A stretch of DNA of 64,000 bases from a virus (IMGVR_UViG_3300020045_011333:120941-184940); one strand, 5' to 3'; positions 21,208-31,582 are shown, counted from the stretch's first letter. Notes: generated by a model from the letters alone, not told the origin. Program-made: numbers and translations.

Positions 21208-22186
21208 CTAAGCTCTCCTTTGCACGTTTGACCCAATCACCGAACGTAGATTTCGCAATGCCTAGCGAACGTCCCGCACCTCTGATAGAACCTACCTCTC
21301 TAACTTTGTCAAGGATTTCTTTTGCGGTGTAAATATCACCGAATAAAAGGTCTTCATTACTAGAAGGGGTTTCAGAACTTTCCTCAACCGGAGCGTCCCA
21401 TCCTTCTTCTGCAACGGAGGTATAATGAGTATCCACAGCCTTATCAAAGCGCTTATCACGACTTCCTTTACCGGGGTTATCGATTTCACCCACAACTTCA
21501 TAGGTCCAAGCTCGGCCCTTGGCGTTGTTATAATCAGAAGGGATTGCAACAACATCGGCGGGATTAATCTTTACAATGATTACTCTTGAATTTACGGTGT
21601 CCCCGAAATGGGTAAGATAACTATGAGCGCAAAAATGAAGCCCGCTGCTGCAAGTGTTAAACCGATCAGGATTAACTTCTTCACGCGGCATGGATGGTTT
21701 CGTGCCAATGCTGTTGTCCGTTTTACTGTCGTGGATACTGGTATAATCATCTCTAACCTTCTTGAACGCTAGGAAGTCGCCGTCTTCAGTAAGAGGCATT
21801 TGTGCCGCCTCAAGAAAAAGATAAAGTTCATCGATGGCAGTTTGTGAAGGATTCTTCATAACCTTATCAAGGAACTTGGCCCAAATAGCAATGTCCCAAC
21901 CTTCTTTAATAAGTTGAATCATTTTAGCTGTTAGTGTGTTATGAAGAGGTTTGTTCTTGTAATAGATTTCACCATCTGTTACAGTAATATCACCGAATAG
22001 AAGTCCTTCGATAGTCTTAGGCACATCTGTTAGGCCTAAAATCTTCTCAACATCCATCGTGCCATGACCTTTTTTAAGTTCTGCCACGATTTCTTCAAAA
22101 TAAATATGTGAGCTATCAATTGATACAGGCTTTGCACCAAAGAAAAGGTTGACGCCACGAGCGCCTAGAATAAAAGTTAAATTCAT
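21200..22186 (-). CDS. rIIB: RIIB lysis-inhibition family protein
   Basis: NPSQTAIDELYLFLE, DGDFLAFKKV, CSSGLHFC, VVAIPSDYNNAKGR; adjacent to rIIA. Confidence 0.88.
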   Translation of the reverse strand: MNLTFILGARGVNLFFGAKPVSIDSSHIYFEEIVAELKKGHGTMDVEKILGLTDVPKTIEGLLFGDITVTDGEIYYKNKPLHNTLTAKMIQLIKEGWDIAIWAKFLDKVMKNPSQTAIDELYLFLEAAQMPLTEDGDFLAFKKVRDDYTSIHDSKTDNSIGTKPSMPREEVNPDRFNTCSSGLHFCAHSYLTHFGDTVNSRVIIVKINPADVVAIPSDYNNAKGRAWTYEVVGEIDNPGKGSRDKRFDKAVDTHYTSVAEEGWDAPVEESSETPSSNEDLLFGDIYTAKEILDKVREVGSIRGAGRSLGIAKSTFGDWVKRAKESLGE

Positions 22187-24315
22187 TAGTTTTTGCTTTC
22201 GTCTACGAGTTTCACGTAATTGATGAGATCATCAGCGTTTTGCTGGCTGAAATTACTCATGCGAGTTGAAATGATATATTTCGATAGGGGATAATCTTTT
22301 TGAAGCTGCTCTACCCAATAACTTAGTGTTTCTTCGGGGAGAAGGGAATTTTTAAATGGGTCCATGTGTTGCCGATAAACATGATTTGGAACCATAATTT
22401 GCCACAAAATAATATTGTGATCATTATCTTTAAATGTAGTGTCTACACTACCAGAAAATTCCAAAAAGTCAAGAACTTTTTTGAAACTGGTATCATTTTT
22501 ATAACAAGCATTCTTAAATAATTCACCTTCTTCACTAATCATATGGTCCATACGTTTATCAAAATTAGTAGAATCATAATGTTTCTTAAAATCACATAAC
22601 TTAAATAATTCATTTTTTCGGTCTTCTAGAGCATTTCTCATTCCAGCCTTTTTGAGCTTATTAAGATGTTGTTTCTTAACCGCTACAATTTTCGTTAGGT
22701 CTGGAAATAGTTCTGTTAGCCTATAATAAGGAACATGGTCCTCCTTATTTTCATCCATTAGGTAATAATCTTTATATGAAATAATGTACTTCATATCAGG
22801 ATCTAGATTTTCTAAATCAATTACATCTTTAACTGTACCAGCATCATTAGCCGCAACGAAAGAAAGAACGTGACACTCATTTTTAGAAATTCTAACAACA
22901 TCTGTAAGATCAGGCTTAACTCGCTCAGGAAGTGCTAAAGACTTTAATTCAACAATCTTAGGAGGAAATCCAAGTAGTTTACGAAGGCTTCTTAATTTTG
23001 CAGGGGTTGAATCAATATCTCTGATCCAGACAATATTATCATGCTTCTTTAAATTATTTTTAATTCTTGCACTGGAATGTACAACCCTTTCTCCCTCTTT
23101 ATCAATAATAAAGATAGTTTTAGAATTAATGTACCAAGTCGTGTTGTAAGAATTACTGTTTGAAGTAAACTTCAAAGTTTTACGTTCTGACCTAGTATCA
23201 TAACTAGGGAAATATTTAATTGCCACGCCATAGTTTTGCCGTAACTTATCGCGAGCCATAGACTGATGATTGTAAACTTTTTTCCCATTAAATTCCAGTT
23301 TGTCTAAGAAATTAGATATAGAAGCCACGCCATTCTTGGACTCAGATTCTTTGAAACATTTGGCTTCGTACATAGTTCTGACAGATTTATAGGCTTGCTT
23401 AATTTCGGCAACTAGCTCGGCGTCAATTTTATCCGCCATGACAAGGATGTTTTTAATTGTCTCATCATCATAACTTAAAGTTTCACGACTAGGAGTAATA
23501 TCTAATTGACCGATTGGAAAATCAATTAAAATATTAGAAGTGAGAACTTGTCTTTGCTCATCAGTGAGCGTGGGTAAGGCATTAATATCAATGGGGTAAA
23601 TTACACAACCTTGCTTAGCCCTAGCTTTTGAGCCTCCGTAATGGTAATCAAAGATTTTAAAATTGGAACCCTCATGAATAACTTTACGAGTGTTTTCTGC
23701 GACACTAGCACCTTTTACATTGGGCTTAACATCAAAGCCTTCGTAAACCCTTTCCATTTCAGTTCTAAAACGCTCACAGTCTTTAACATTAACTGGAAAC
23801 GTTACCATTAAACCGTCAAGCTCAGACGTATCTTCAGACGCCATGAGGGAAATCATAGGAATACCAGTAATATCTACATAAGCACCGTAGACACGCTTTG
23901 TGCCTCTTAAAAAGGCTGTTACAGTAAAACTATCAGTATAGGCGAACGGAGTTTTAGAGCCTAGCCCAAATTTACCAATAGCTAGGTTAGTATTTTCTTT
24001 TGTACTCTTGAAAATTGTGGTATAAAGACCCATAATATCTTCGTGAGCCAGAGATGTACCATAATCTCGGACCATAAATGTAGGGTCTAAATAATTAGGA
24101 AGTTGAATATCGAAAGGAATATGGCCGCGATCAGCAGCAATTTGAGCATCAAAAGCATTTGACGATAACTCTCTAATAATGGCTTGAATTTTGTTTGAGT
24201 AAAGGCCATCAATTAGAATTTTAAAAGCTTTTCCATTGGCCTCAATATTGAAATTTCCAGATTGTTGTGCGCCCGAAACAATCACTTCGGTATTTTCTGC
24301 TAAATTAGATTTCAT
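22186..24315 (-). CDS. rIIA: RIIA family protein (GHKL ATPase N-terminus)
   Basis: LYSNKIQAIIRELSSNAFDA, VRDYGTSL, GKFGLGSK, PSRETLSY. Confidence 0.88.
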   Translation of the reverse strand: MKSNLAENTEVIVSGAQQSGNFNIEANGKAFKILIDGLYSNKIQAIIRELSSNAFDAQIAADRGHIPFDIQLPNYLDPTFMVRDYGTSLAHEDIMGLYTTIFKSTKENTNLAIGKFGLGSKTPFAYTDSFTVTAFLRGTKRVYGAYVDITGIPMISLMASEDTSELDGLMVTFPVNVKDCERFRTEMERVYEGFDVKPNVKGASVAENTRKVIHEGSNFKIFDYHYGGSKARAKQGCVIYPIDINALPTLTDEQRQVLTSNILIDFPIGQLDITPSRETLSYDDETIKNILVMADKIDAELVAEIKQAYKSVRTMYEAKCFKESESKNGVASISNFLDKLEFNGKKVYNHQSMARDKLRQNYGVAIKYFPSYDTRSERKTLKFTSNSNSYNTTWYINSKTIFIIDKEGERVVHSSARIKNNLKKHDNIVWIRDIDSTPAKLRSLRKLLGFPPKIVELKSLALPERVKPDLTDVVRISKNECHVLSFVAANDAGTVKDVIDLENLDPDMKYIISYKDYYLMDENKEDHVPYYRLTELFPDLTKIVAVKKQHLNKLKKAGMRNALEDRKNELFKLCDFKKHYDSTNFDKRMDHMISEEGELFKNACYKNDTSFKKVLDFLEFSGSVDTTFKDNDHNIILWQIMVPNHVYRQHMDPFKNSLLPEETLSYWVEQLQKDYPLSKYIISTRMSNFSQQNADDLINYVKLVDESKN

Positions 24316-24566
24316 GCAATATTATTTCCGAGTTTCAAATTAATCTAGTTTCTAGTTCAGCGGTGATATAATCATGACAGATCACATTTGTCAAGTCTTT
24401 TTCTTGTTCGTAATCCCAAATTTCGTTTATTTCTATATCATGAATTATAGGATTTCCGTTTACTGGATCAGGTTCTGTCATAAGCGTACCTGAAACTAAA
24501 TAGTTGCCCACATATTCAGTGAAATAGTGCCACTCAAAATTATTCCAAATAATTATCATTTTAATC

Positions 24567-24614
24567 TTTACAAAGTTAAAAAAATGTGATAACATAATTA
24601 AATCGTAAAGTCAA
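24567..24614. promoter_or_regulatory. Overlapping divergent sigma70-type promoters
   Basis: Plus: TTTACA(24567)-17-TAACAT. Minus: TTGACT(24614)-17-TATCAC with TGn. Confidence 0.5.
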
Positions 24615-24626
24615 TGGAAAAGAATA

Positions 24627-24800
24627 ATGACGGAAAAAATTTGTACCTGCGATCCTGTTCAAGGAAATATTAAACCTAGTGAAGCAGTTGACTTTATAAA
24701 GCCAGATGGTAGAATTTATGCTCGCTATCATCGTGATTGCGAGGTCCATGGATTTAAAAGACTGAATCAAGATGTTGTAAATAAGGAGAGTTCCGGTTAA
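24627..24800 (+). CDS. Small hypothetical protein (57 aa)
   Basis: Manual translation MTEKICTCDPVQGNIKP...; stop overlaps the next ATG. Confidence 0.5.
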   Translation: MTEKICTCDPVQGNIKPSEAVDFIKPDGRIYARYHRDCEVHGFKRLNQDVVNKESSG

Positions 24801-25189
24801 TGCCAATAATTTATCAAAAATTTATTTATAGGGAAGATTTACAAGCTAATCCTCATGTTCTTTATCTCTTCGGAGATAATCTAAAACGCCAAGGTCTTGG
24901 CGGGCAAGCAAAAGAAATGAGGGGAGAACCTAATGCTGTAGGTATCGCGACTAAAAAACTTCCGTCTCAATACGAAAATAGTTTTTTCTCAGATGATGAT
25001 GCCGAACTTTTTCTAGAACATTATCATAAAGATATTTTACGTGTAGAGAACCATTTGAATAGAATGAATCTTGTTGTTATTCCTATGGATGGCCTTGGCA
25101 GTGGCCTCTCAGAACTTCCCACTCGTGCACCCAAAATTAATTCATTTATTATCAACGATCTACAGGAACTTAAGAAACTCTATGGATAA
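24800..25189 (+). CDS. Conserved-looking phage protein (FGDN..R.G.GGQA motif)
   Basis: LFGDNLKRQGLGGQAKEMRGEPNAVGIATKK; AGGAG RBS. Confidence 0.65.
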   Translation: MPIIYQKFIYREDLQANPHVLYLFGDNLKRQGLGGQAKEMRGEPNAVGIATKKLPSQYENSFFSDDDAELFLEHYHKDILRVENHLNRMNLVVIPMDGLGSGLSELPTRAPKINSFIINDLQELKKLYG

Positions 25190-25446
25190 AGAAATTTTAG
25201 ACCAGTACGAAAGCTCTAGGCAATTTCTAAAACACATGCTAGAAAAGACTGGCGAAAAGAAATATCAAACTGACATTAATAAATTGGAGAAAGATTTTGA
25301 AAATCATACCAAATCAATCAATTATAACGAAGCGTGATAACGATATTATGAGTGAGTACGCAGACTTAGCAGAAGAACTTAATGACGAAAATGATGATGA
25401 ATATTTAAGATATATTTTCAATGATTTAGAAGTAGATGAAGAATAA
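25182..25446 (+). other. Two small CDS (25182-25337; acidic 25297-25446)
   Basis: Overlapping starts; GGAGA RBS before TTG at 25297. Confidence 0.45.
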
Positions 25447-25472
25447 AATAAAGGGCCGTAAGGCCCTTTATT
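25447..25472. terminator. Bidirectional terminator between convergent units
   Basis: AATAAAGGGCC-GTAA-GGCCCTTTATT with A/T tracts on both sides. Confidence 0.8.
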
Positions 25473-25476
25473 AATT

Positions 25477-26904
25477 TTATATCTTAGCATTTTCTCTAAC
25501 TTGTTTAAAAGTAATATGTGGCCTAATCTGTTCACCTGTATCCCAAACCGGCTCAAGATAGTTTCTTGTCCCATGACTCGCTCGATCAAGATCATCCTTT
25601 CGGATCGAAACAAGCTTCTCTCCGTTATGAACCACGGCTTGCTTTCCAGCTTTACTGGACTTAGACATATCTGTCTTGGGACGCTTTTGAACATCAATAC
25701 GCTTCCCGCCAATAGTGATTTCGTTTGTCTTCATCGCCCATGAGAAATCATCTCTCATAGGAGCCTGAAGCAGTTGTCCACCACAGCCAAAAACCACATT
25801 TTCAACTGAGAAACCAGCAAACATAATGGCACCTAAGATTTCATTAATTGAATTACGATTAATACCATCACCTTGAATTACGCGAACCTTTGGATTAAGT
25901 ACTTTAAATCCTTTAGAATTGACAGTACTTCCAAATTTTTCATCTAGTAATTTAAGTACACGAGGAACAACTTCTGTTGGCGAACCAGAATCTGGACGAA
26001 CCACAATGAACCCATCTCTGGCTTCAATCTTAGCTTTGTGGTCTACTCCGATATATTCGGAAACAAATCGATCCAAATCATAACTATCTGCTACGATAGA
26101 AATGATAGGAAAGCCCATATCGGTGAAGGTATCTATTACAGTTCCGACAAAGGCACTTTCGCCTTCTTCCCCGTTCATAGTAGTAACGCTATGCTCTGTA
26201 GCTGGGACACTTATAAGTAGTGGTCCATCAGTATCTAAGTCATGGTTGTAATATACCACTCCCGCTTCTATGGCTTCAAGGGTATCTGAGCCAAGAAATG
26301 ACACTAAGTGTCCTAATCCTCCAAGTGCGGCGCTTTCACCGGAAGACACTGATCTGGCTCCAAAATCATTAAGCGCAGCGGCTAAAGTCATTGGATCATT
26401 AATATCTAGATCAGATGTTTTTTTGTAATATTCCGCAATGTTTTTCTTAATGGCCCTTGATAGAGTAGCAACACTACTAGGATACCAAATTCCACGTAGC
26501 AAACTAGTTTCAATTTCAGCTACAATTTCAGGCATTTGTGTTGAAGAAATTTGAACCACAGGAACACCATGAGGAACGATAGTTCCTTCTGGAAGTGCCT
26601 CAATTTTTACCGGAACGTAGCCATTGAATTCTTCAATAACTCTGATCCATACTTCTTTATTAAAAGGAATCAAAGCTGATTTGGCATATTTCTCTGCTTT
26701 ATATAAATCTTGATACGTTATTTTCTTATCTAAATATTCAAGAATATAAGCTTGAAGCCCGAAGAAAACAATTTCATCGGTCCAACCACTACGTGCTTCG
26801 ATATAAGATACAGCTTCTGTAATATCTTTTCGAACCACAAATAGATGTGAAAATTTGTAACAATCGTTAGCAAGTATAATTGATCTGTTTAGTAAGTCTG
26901 TCAT
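25477..26904 (-). CDS. nadV: Nicotinamide phosphoribosyltransferase
   Basis: NDCYKFSH, FFGLQAY, NDFGARSVSS, PATEHSVTT, SIVADSYD, VVRPDSG, IQGDG, VFGCGG. Confidence 0.92.
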   Translation of the reverse strand: MTDLLNRSIILANDCYKFSHLFVVRKDITEAVSYIEARSGWTDEIVFFGLQAYILEYLDKKITYQDLYKAEKYAKSALIPFNKEVWIRVIEEFNGYVPVKIEALPEGTIVPHGVPVVQISSTQMPEIVAEIETSLLRGIWYPSSVATLSRAIKKNIAEYYKKTSDLDINDPMTLAAALNDFGARSVSSGESAALGGLGHLVSFLGSDTLEAIEAGVVYYNHDLDTDGPLLISVPATEHSVTTMNGEEGESAFVGTVIDTFTDMGFPIISIVADSYDLDRFVSEYIGVDHKAKIEARDGFIVVRPDSGSPTEVVPRVLKLLDEKFGSTVNSKGFKVLNPKVRVIQGDGINRNSINEILGAIMFAGFSVENVVFGCGGQLLQAPMRDDFSWAMKTNEITIGGKRIDVQKRPKTDMSKSSKAGKQAVVHNGEKLVSIRKDDLDRASHGTRNYLEPVWDTGEQIRPHITFKQVRENAKI

Positions 26905-26942
26905 TGAAAAACCCCTTTTCGTTTGACTGTTGTTAAGTTTGT

Positions 26943-28031
26943 TTAAATATTAATACCTAGCATTTCACTGATAATAGTTCCATGATCTTCAAACCAAAGA
27001 TTATTATCGGAAATTTCTGATAATTTAGAAATTGGCACCCATACTGCTTCCATAGCATCATCACTACCCTTGACCAAAGGAAGTTTATTAGATTCGTTTT
27101 TTAAAACGATTTTAAAAACATGAGTGATGATATGGGCGCGATTAGATCGCCAAGGAGAATCAAAAACACGACTCTCTGTTATACGTGCTTCAAGAACTTT
27201 ATCTGGAACTTTAATTATAGTTTCTTCACGAAGTTCTCTGATACAAGCATTACGTAGGCGTTCTCTTTTATTCACAAAACCACCCGGCAGTGCAAATTTT
27301 CCAGTACCATATTCCCTACCTCTTTTTATGAGAAGGATATGACCCGACTGAATAACTAACGAATCAACTGTGGTGTGAGGGCCGTGTCCGTAAATGCTAC
27401 TATAATTGCTTTCATATAACCAATCAGATTTCAATTTTTCCCAAATTTCAGGATTATTATTTATATGATTTTTAATGTAGGCAAGAACCGATATAGGAAT
27501 CATTTTGTCATAACTAAGATCACCATTAAATAATTTATCGCGAATTCCCGAACTAGATAGAACTTCATCATTAAAACTATATGGTTGAACCGCAATAGAA
27601 TGATTCCAACGCACAAAACTATTTAAATAATAACTTGATTCATCCTTTGACATACCTGTCAGAGCTATTTTATATAAATAATCAGACCAACCAACCCTAT
27701 GATAGGAGGCTGTTTTAGAGTGTAATTCTATTAGATCATCAACGGATTTTTCAACGTCCGCGATCCATTTTGAATCATTATCAAAATCTTTTGAAGTTGT
27801 AAATAGCACACGATTCCCATATTCTTCTGTTGCTAACTTGAACATTTCAATACGTTCTTTGGCAATAAAGGGAATTCTAGTGTTTCGCGAAGCGTTGGAG
27901 GAACCAACTACTACAATAATGTAATCTGAAACTTTAAGGGTTTCTTTAATTACATCTAAATGTCCATTGTGAGGACCGGCGCGAAAACCACCAATAAAAA
28001 TGGCATAATCATATTTAATATTATTAGTCAT
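26943..28031 (-). CDS. natV: Bifunctional NMN adenylyltransferase / Nudix hydrolase (NatV/NadM-like)
   Basis: PHNGH (HxGH), VGSSN, Nudix box GGFVNKRERLRNACIRELREET, GSDDA; start moved to ATG 28031. Confidence 0.85.
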   Translation of the reverse strand: MTNNIKYDYAIFIGGFRAGPHNGHLDVIKETLKVSDYIIVVVGSSNASRNTRIPFIAKERIEMFKLATEEYGNRVLFTTSKDFDNDSKWIADVEKSVDDLIELHSKTASYHRVGWSDYLYKIALTGMSKDESSYYLNSFVRWNHSIAVQPYSFNDEVLSSSGIRDKLFNGDLSYDKMIPISVLAYIKNHINNNPEIWEKLKSDWLYESNYSSIYGHGPHTTVDSLVIQSGHILLIKRGREYGTGKFALPGGFVNKRERLRNACIRELREETIIKVPDKVLEARITESRVFDSPWRSNRAHIITHVFKIVLKNESNKLPLVKGSDDAMEAVWVPISKLSEISDNNLWFEDHGTIISEMLGINI

Positions 28032-28067
28032 AGATCGAAAACCCCTTCCGATTTGTTTAACAAAAGA

Positions 28068-28106
28068 ACTATAGCAAAAGATTCCGCTTTTGTCAAGCGG
28101 AATCTT
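28068..28106 (-). promoter_or_regulatory. sigma70 promoter overlapping a 12-bp inverted repeat
   Basis: TTGACA(28096-28091)-17-TATAGT(28073-28068); AAGATTCCGCTT-TTGTC-AAGCGGAATCTT. Confidence 0.75.
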
Positions 28107-28119
28107 CATTATCATTAAA

Positions 28120-28371
28120 TTAATTTAAAATATCGACGTCTTCACCAAATACTGAGATAATATCAGCAATTAATTGGGCTTTAGTACTGTTCCACCCCTC
28201 AGTTTCGGCCAAGCTTTCGCCGTCCGCGTTGAGGAAAAAATAAGCTTTTAAACCTTCTTCTCTATCTTTTTCTATCGTGACATAAAATTCATCAATAGAA
28301 TAACCTTCTAAAGCCTCCTCCATATCATCGAGGTTTTGAATAATCTTTTCTTGAAACATATTATACTGCAT
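28120..28371 (-). CDS. Small acidic protein (paralogue of 57561-57821)
   Basis: NLDDMEEAL and QLIADI motifs. Confidence 0.6.
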   Translation of the reverse strand: MQYNMFQEKIIQNLDDMEEALEGYSIDEFYVTIEKDREEGLKAYFFLNADGESLAETEGWNSTKAQLIADIISVFGEDVDILN

Positions 28372-28375
28372 TATT

Positions 28376-31300
28376 TTACTCTTCTGAAATTTCTATCATG
28401 TCTAGTTTGATTTTAAGTTTATTTTCGAAATGTGAGATAATATCTTCTAATGGAGGAAGTTTCAACCACAACTCGTTACTTTGTCTTTTTCTTTTGACCC
28501 ATTTAGCAAGTAAAAATTGTTCTGCTAATTTTTGGAAGGTCTTAGGATCAGCTTTATATTTGGAAGTACTAGTTTTAAGGCTATTATAATAGTATTGTCT
28601 TAAATGTTTTGGATCAACCCAATTAGTTTCCCCATATTCCAGATTAATAGGATCTAGATCGTCATTTGCTTCTGATACTCCCATATTTTCTATTAATGTT
28701 ATAAAGAATTTTTCCCAAACCGGAGTTGATTGTGTAACCTGTCTACTCAAGGCTTCGGTCTTTGGTGGCCTACGAAGAATGTTCCAACCTTCTTCAAAGG
28801 GAGGTTCGAAATGAAGTAAATCATACATCATTGCCTCTTTTCCGCCAGCTTCCATTTGTTCGATGATAGCATTGAAATAATTAATGTTATCTTTGTATTT
28901 ATCAGAAGCTTCCAATACAAAATATCTACGCTCATCAGAAGATGCATTTACGACCCATTCTTCATTAGAAATAATTGCAATTCTGATGTAATTTTCCATC
29001 TGAAACGCATCAATACCTTTAGGTTCCATGAGTAGAGAAGAGCCTGTGATCAATTCCTTTAAAATTGAATCTTCTCTGCTATTACCAGCAAACAGGCCTT
29101 CTTCAGCAATCATAAATAATTTATCTCTGAAATGCCAGTTAAATTGTCCTGTAATGTGAGAAGCATTTGCCGAACTCATGGCGTAACGTCCCACGATATC
29201 TTTAAAGATAGTAAAAACAATTGATTTACCTACGCCCTTCAAACCACGAACAACGATGGCGGAACCTTTCTTTTCCCAAGGGAATTGAATGATATGGGCT
29301 AGCCAAGTCATGATCCACATATAATGCTCTTCATTTCCATGACACATTACTTCGTAGATATGATTTTTGAGTTTATCCCAATTTCCTTTTCTTGGAGTAG
29401 TTTCAAAGCCTTGGAAGAGATTAAATTTATTAGGATCAGGAGTAGGCCTTGGATCAAAAGTAACACCTTCGTAAGTGCGACGTTGTTCCCACTCTAGCCA
29501 AACCTTGGCAATAGATTCTAATTTAGCATCTACCGAGCCTTCGTTTATCAAAAGTTTTTCATTCGCTTTTAACGCTTTCCAATCATCACGAGCCGTAAAG
29601 GTCATATCTTTTTTATGTGCGTCCATGATTACGACTTTAGAGCCTGTATCAACCATGGCGTATCTTTCATTATAAGTATGAAGTCTTCTGTCCATTTCGT
29701 CAAGAGATTTATTTTTAGCTTCAGAATCATAGCCAAATTTTTCTGGAAGATATTTATGTAAGGTCTTTTTTAATAGTCCAGTTCTTCTAGCAATTCTGGC
29801 GATATATCCATCAATTTCATCATCGTCTAAGTCTTTTGCCCGAGCAATTGTTCTAACAGCATCAATAATATCGTCTTTTTCGCTTTTTTTATTTAAAGAT
29901 TCAACAATTTTATTAATATCGATAGAATCTTCTACAGTTTCTTTTTCTTCCTCTTTTGAGGGAGAGGGAGTTTCTTCCCTTAAGACACTAGGGCAGTGTG
30001 TCTCATCTTGAAGATCAGTAACGGTAAACCAATCTAGTTCTACCATTTTTTTGATGTAATCTAGTTTGTTTCTACCCTGACAAGAATCATGGGTACAGAA
30101 AACATGAAATCCGTTATCTGTATCAGTAGCATTAATTGCGTATGTGCCTAAGCCGCCCGCTTTTGTATGCTCATCTTCAAATGGGCATTCAATATGAAAA
30201 CCGGGGCCATTTGTGCGGGGTGATTTGATCCCGTCAGGATACTTATCTTCGATAAGATCAATAATTTCGCAATCGTGCGTCATTATCCAACGCTTCAGAT
30301 TATATCCATCTACGAATAAACCCTCACTAGTGCCTCCCAGAGCTTTACCAGCGTCCGAAAAAGCATTCCCTGCTTGCGGAGTTAATACGTCACGTATCGC
30401 GAGCCTGTCATAGCTCTTTAGGTCAACATAATCACCGTCTACGAAGTGCGTTTCAAATGGTTTTCCTTTGGCGTGACGTGGTAGATAAAAAAGTCGTGAA
30501 GGATCGGTGCAAGATTTATCGTAAACAAACCCTAACTCAGTTCCAAAACCATGATAATGTTCTTTCCACGCCTTAATAGCTTCTTGCTGATTAATTTGAC
30601 CTTGAAACAGAAACGGCTCGTTCAAGAAAAATGCGATTCGATGCTTAGGCATAGGACTATGACGAATAATCGTAGTAGTTCCTTCTTCAGTAACTTTGGC
30701 GTCCTCTATTACGTCTAGACGTTCTAGCACACGAGGAATGAAGCCTTTAACCTCAATCAAATACTTTTTTAAGAATTTAGTATCAACAGGCTTAGAAGCA
30801 TCCATACCGCTCCACTTGAAGAACTCAGTCCGCTTAACTTCTGAATTTTCAGTTAAATGGGAATGAGTGGTGTATCTGACATAGGCGTAGCCAGTATCAC
30901 TAAGTCTTTGATCAATTTCTTCAGAAGTTTCACCTGTATCCAAGTCAAAAATAACAAAATGATTTTTAATCATTGCTTTGATCAAGCGTCGATCACCTGC
31001 TAATTCACCTTGGAGATAGCAAAGACCATCCTTCTTACCTTCTTGGTGAATCGTAAGCATTTCAATGAAATTTGCCACAGTACCTGTTTGATTTTCCCAT
31101 CCACCTTTACCTTCTTTGGCTGTCTTTGCCATGGAGAAAGTGACATTTTTAGTCATATCAATTTTTGGTAAATCACTTTGGACTTTTTTTACTTCAGGCT
31201 CGACAAAATCCCATTCCCCATTGTAAAAATTATGTTCATTGATAATATAATTAATTAAAGGAATTTCTATAATACCATCAAGATGGGGTAATAGATCAGC

Positions 31301-31582
31301 GTCAATAGAATTTTCAAAAAACCAAATATTCAGATCAGCGCTTTGTGTTGAACAAGCAGGATAGTATTCAGGAGTTTCTTTCATTGGTAGAGCAAAACCT
31401 ACCAATTCTCCTGCGTCTGTCTCCAAGCTGATATAAACAGGATTGAAATCAATGGCATCATCAATATCTCTGGTAACAAGTTCTTCATTATCTTCGTTTA
31501 TAAAAATTATTCCACCTTCCGTTAGGCCCTCTCCGAAGAGTCCTACGATAAGGCGCTCAAATGCGTCTTCTGGTATATTCAT
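28376..31582 (-). CDS. Primase-helicase (primase-like N-region, C-terminal P-loop helicase, DUF5906-like)
   Basis: IFDLDTG, YTTHSH, KHRIAF, DPSRLFYLP, CPFEDEH..CTHDSC zinc module, GLKGVGKS, ISNEEW, DERRYFV. Confidence 0.78.
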   Translation of the reverse strand: MNIPEDAFERLIVGLFGEGLTEGGIIFINEDNEELVTRDIDDAIDFNPVYISLETDAGELVGFALPMKETPEYYPACSTQSADLNIWFFENSIDADLLPHLDGIIEIPLINYIINEHNFYNGEWDFVEPEVKKVQSDLPKIDMTKNVTFSMAKTAKEGKGGWENQTGTVANFIEMLTIHQEGKKDGLCYLQGELAGDRRLIKAMIKNHFVIFDLDTGETSEEIDQRLSDTGYAYVRYTTHSHLTENSEVKRTEFFKWSGMDASKPVDTKFLKKYLIEVKGFIPRVLERLDVIEDAKVTEEGTTTIIRHSPMPKHRIAFFLNEPFLFQGQINQQEAIKAWKEHYHGFGTELGFVYDKSCTDPSRLFYLPRHAKGKPFETHFVDGDYVDLKSYDRLAIRDVLTPQAGNAFSDAGKALGGTSEGLFVDGYNLKRWIMTHDCEIIDLIEDKYPDGIKSPRTNGPGFHIECPFEDEHTKAGGLGTYAINATDTDNGFHVFCTHDSCQGRNKLDYIKKMVELDWFTVTDLQDETHCPSVLREETPSPSKEEEKETVEDSIDINKIVESLNKKSEKDDIIDAVRTIARAKDLDDDEIDGYIARIARRTGLLKKTLHKYLPEKFGYDSEAKNKSLDEMDRRLHTYNERYAMVDTGSKVVIMDAHKKDMTFTARDDWKALKANEKLLINEGSVDAKLESIAKVWLEWEQRRTYEGVTFDPRPTPDPNKFNLFQGFETTPRKGNWDKLKNHIYEVMCHGNEEHYMWIMTWLAHIIQFPWEKKGSAIVVRGLKGVGKSIVFTIFKDIVGRYAMSSANASHITGQFNWHFRDKLFMIAEEGLFAGNSREDSILKELITGSSLLMEPKGIDAFQMENYIRIAIISNEEWVVNASSDERRYFVLEASDKYKDNINYFNAIIEQMEAGGKEAMMYDLLHFEPPFEEGWNILRRPPKTEALSRQVTQSTPVWEKFFITLIENMGVSEANDDLDPINLEYGETNWVDPKHLRQYYYNSLKTSTSKYKADPKTFQKLAEQFLLAKWVKRKRQSNELWLKLPPLEDIISHFENKLKIKLDMIEISEE

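Noticed and set aside
26943-28115. ORF-track N-terminal extension of NatV (MIMKIPLDKSG...)
   Set aside because: The extension is the promoter/hairpin sequence; a better start with a purine-rich RBS is ATG 28031.
28376-31582. Intein in the large primase-helicase or other long ORFs
   Set aside because: No C/S-start...HN-C/S/T splice motifs or LAGLIDADG blocks recognised.
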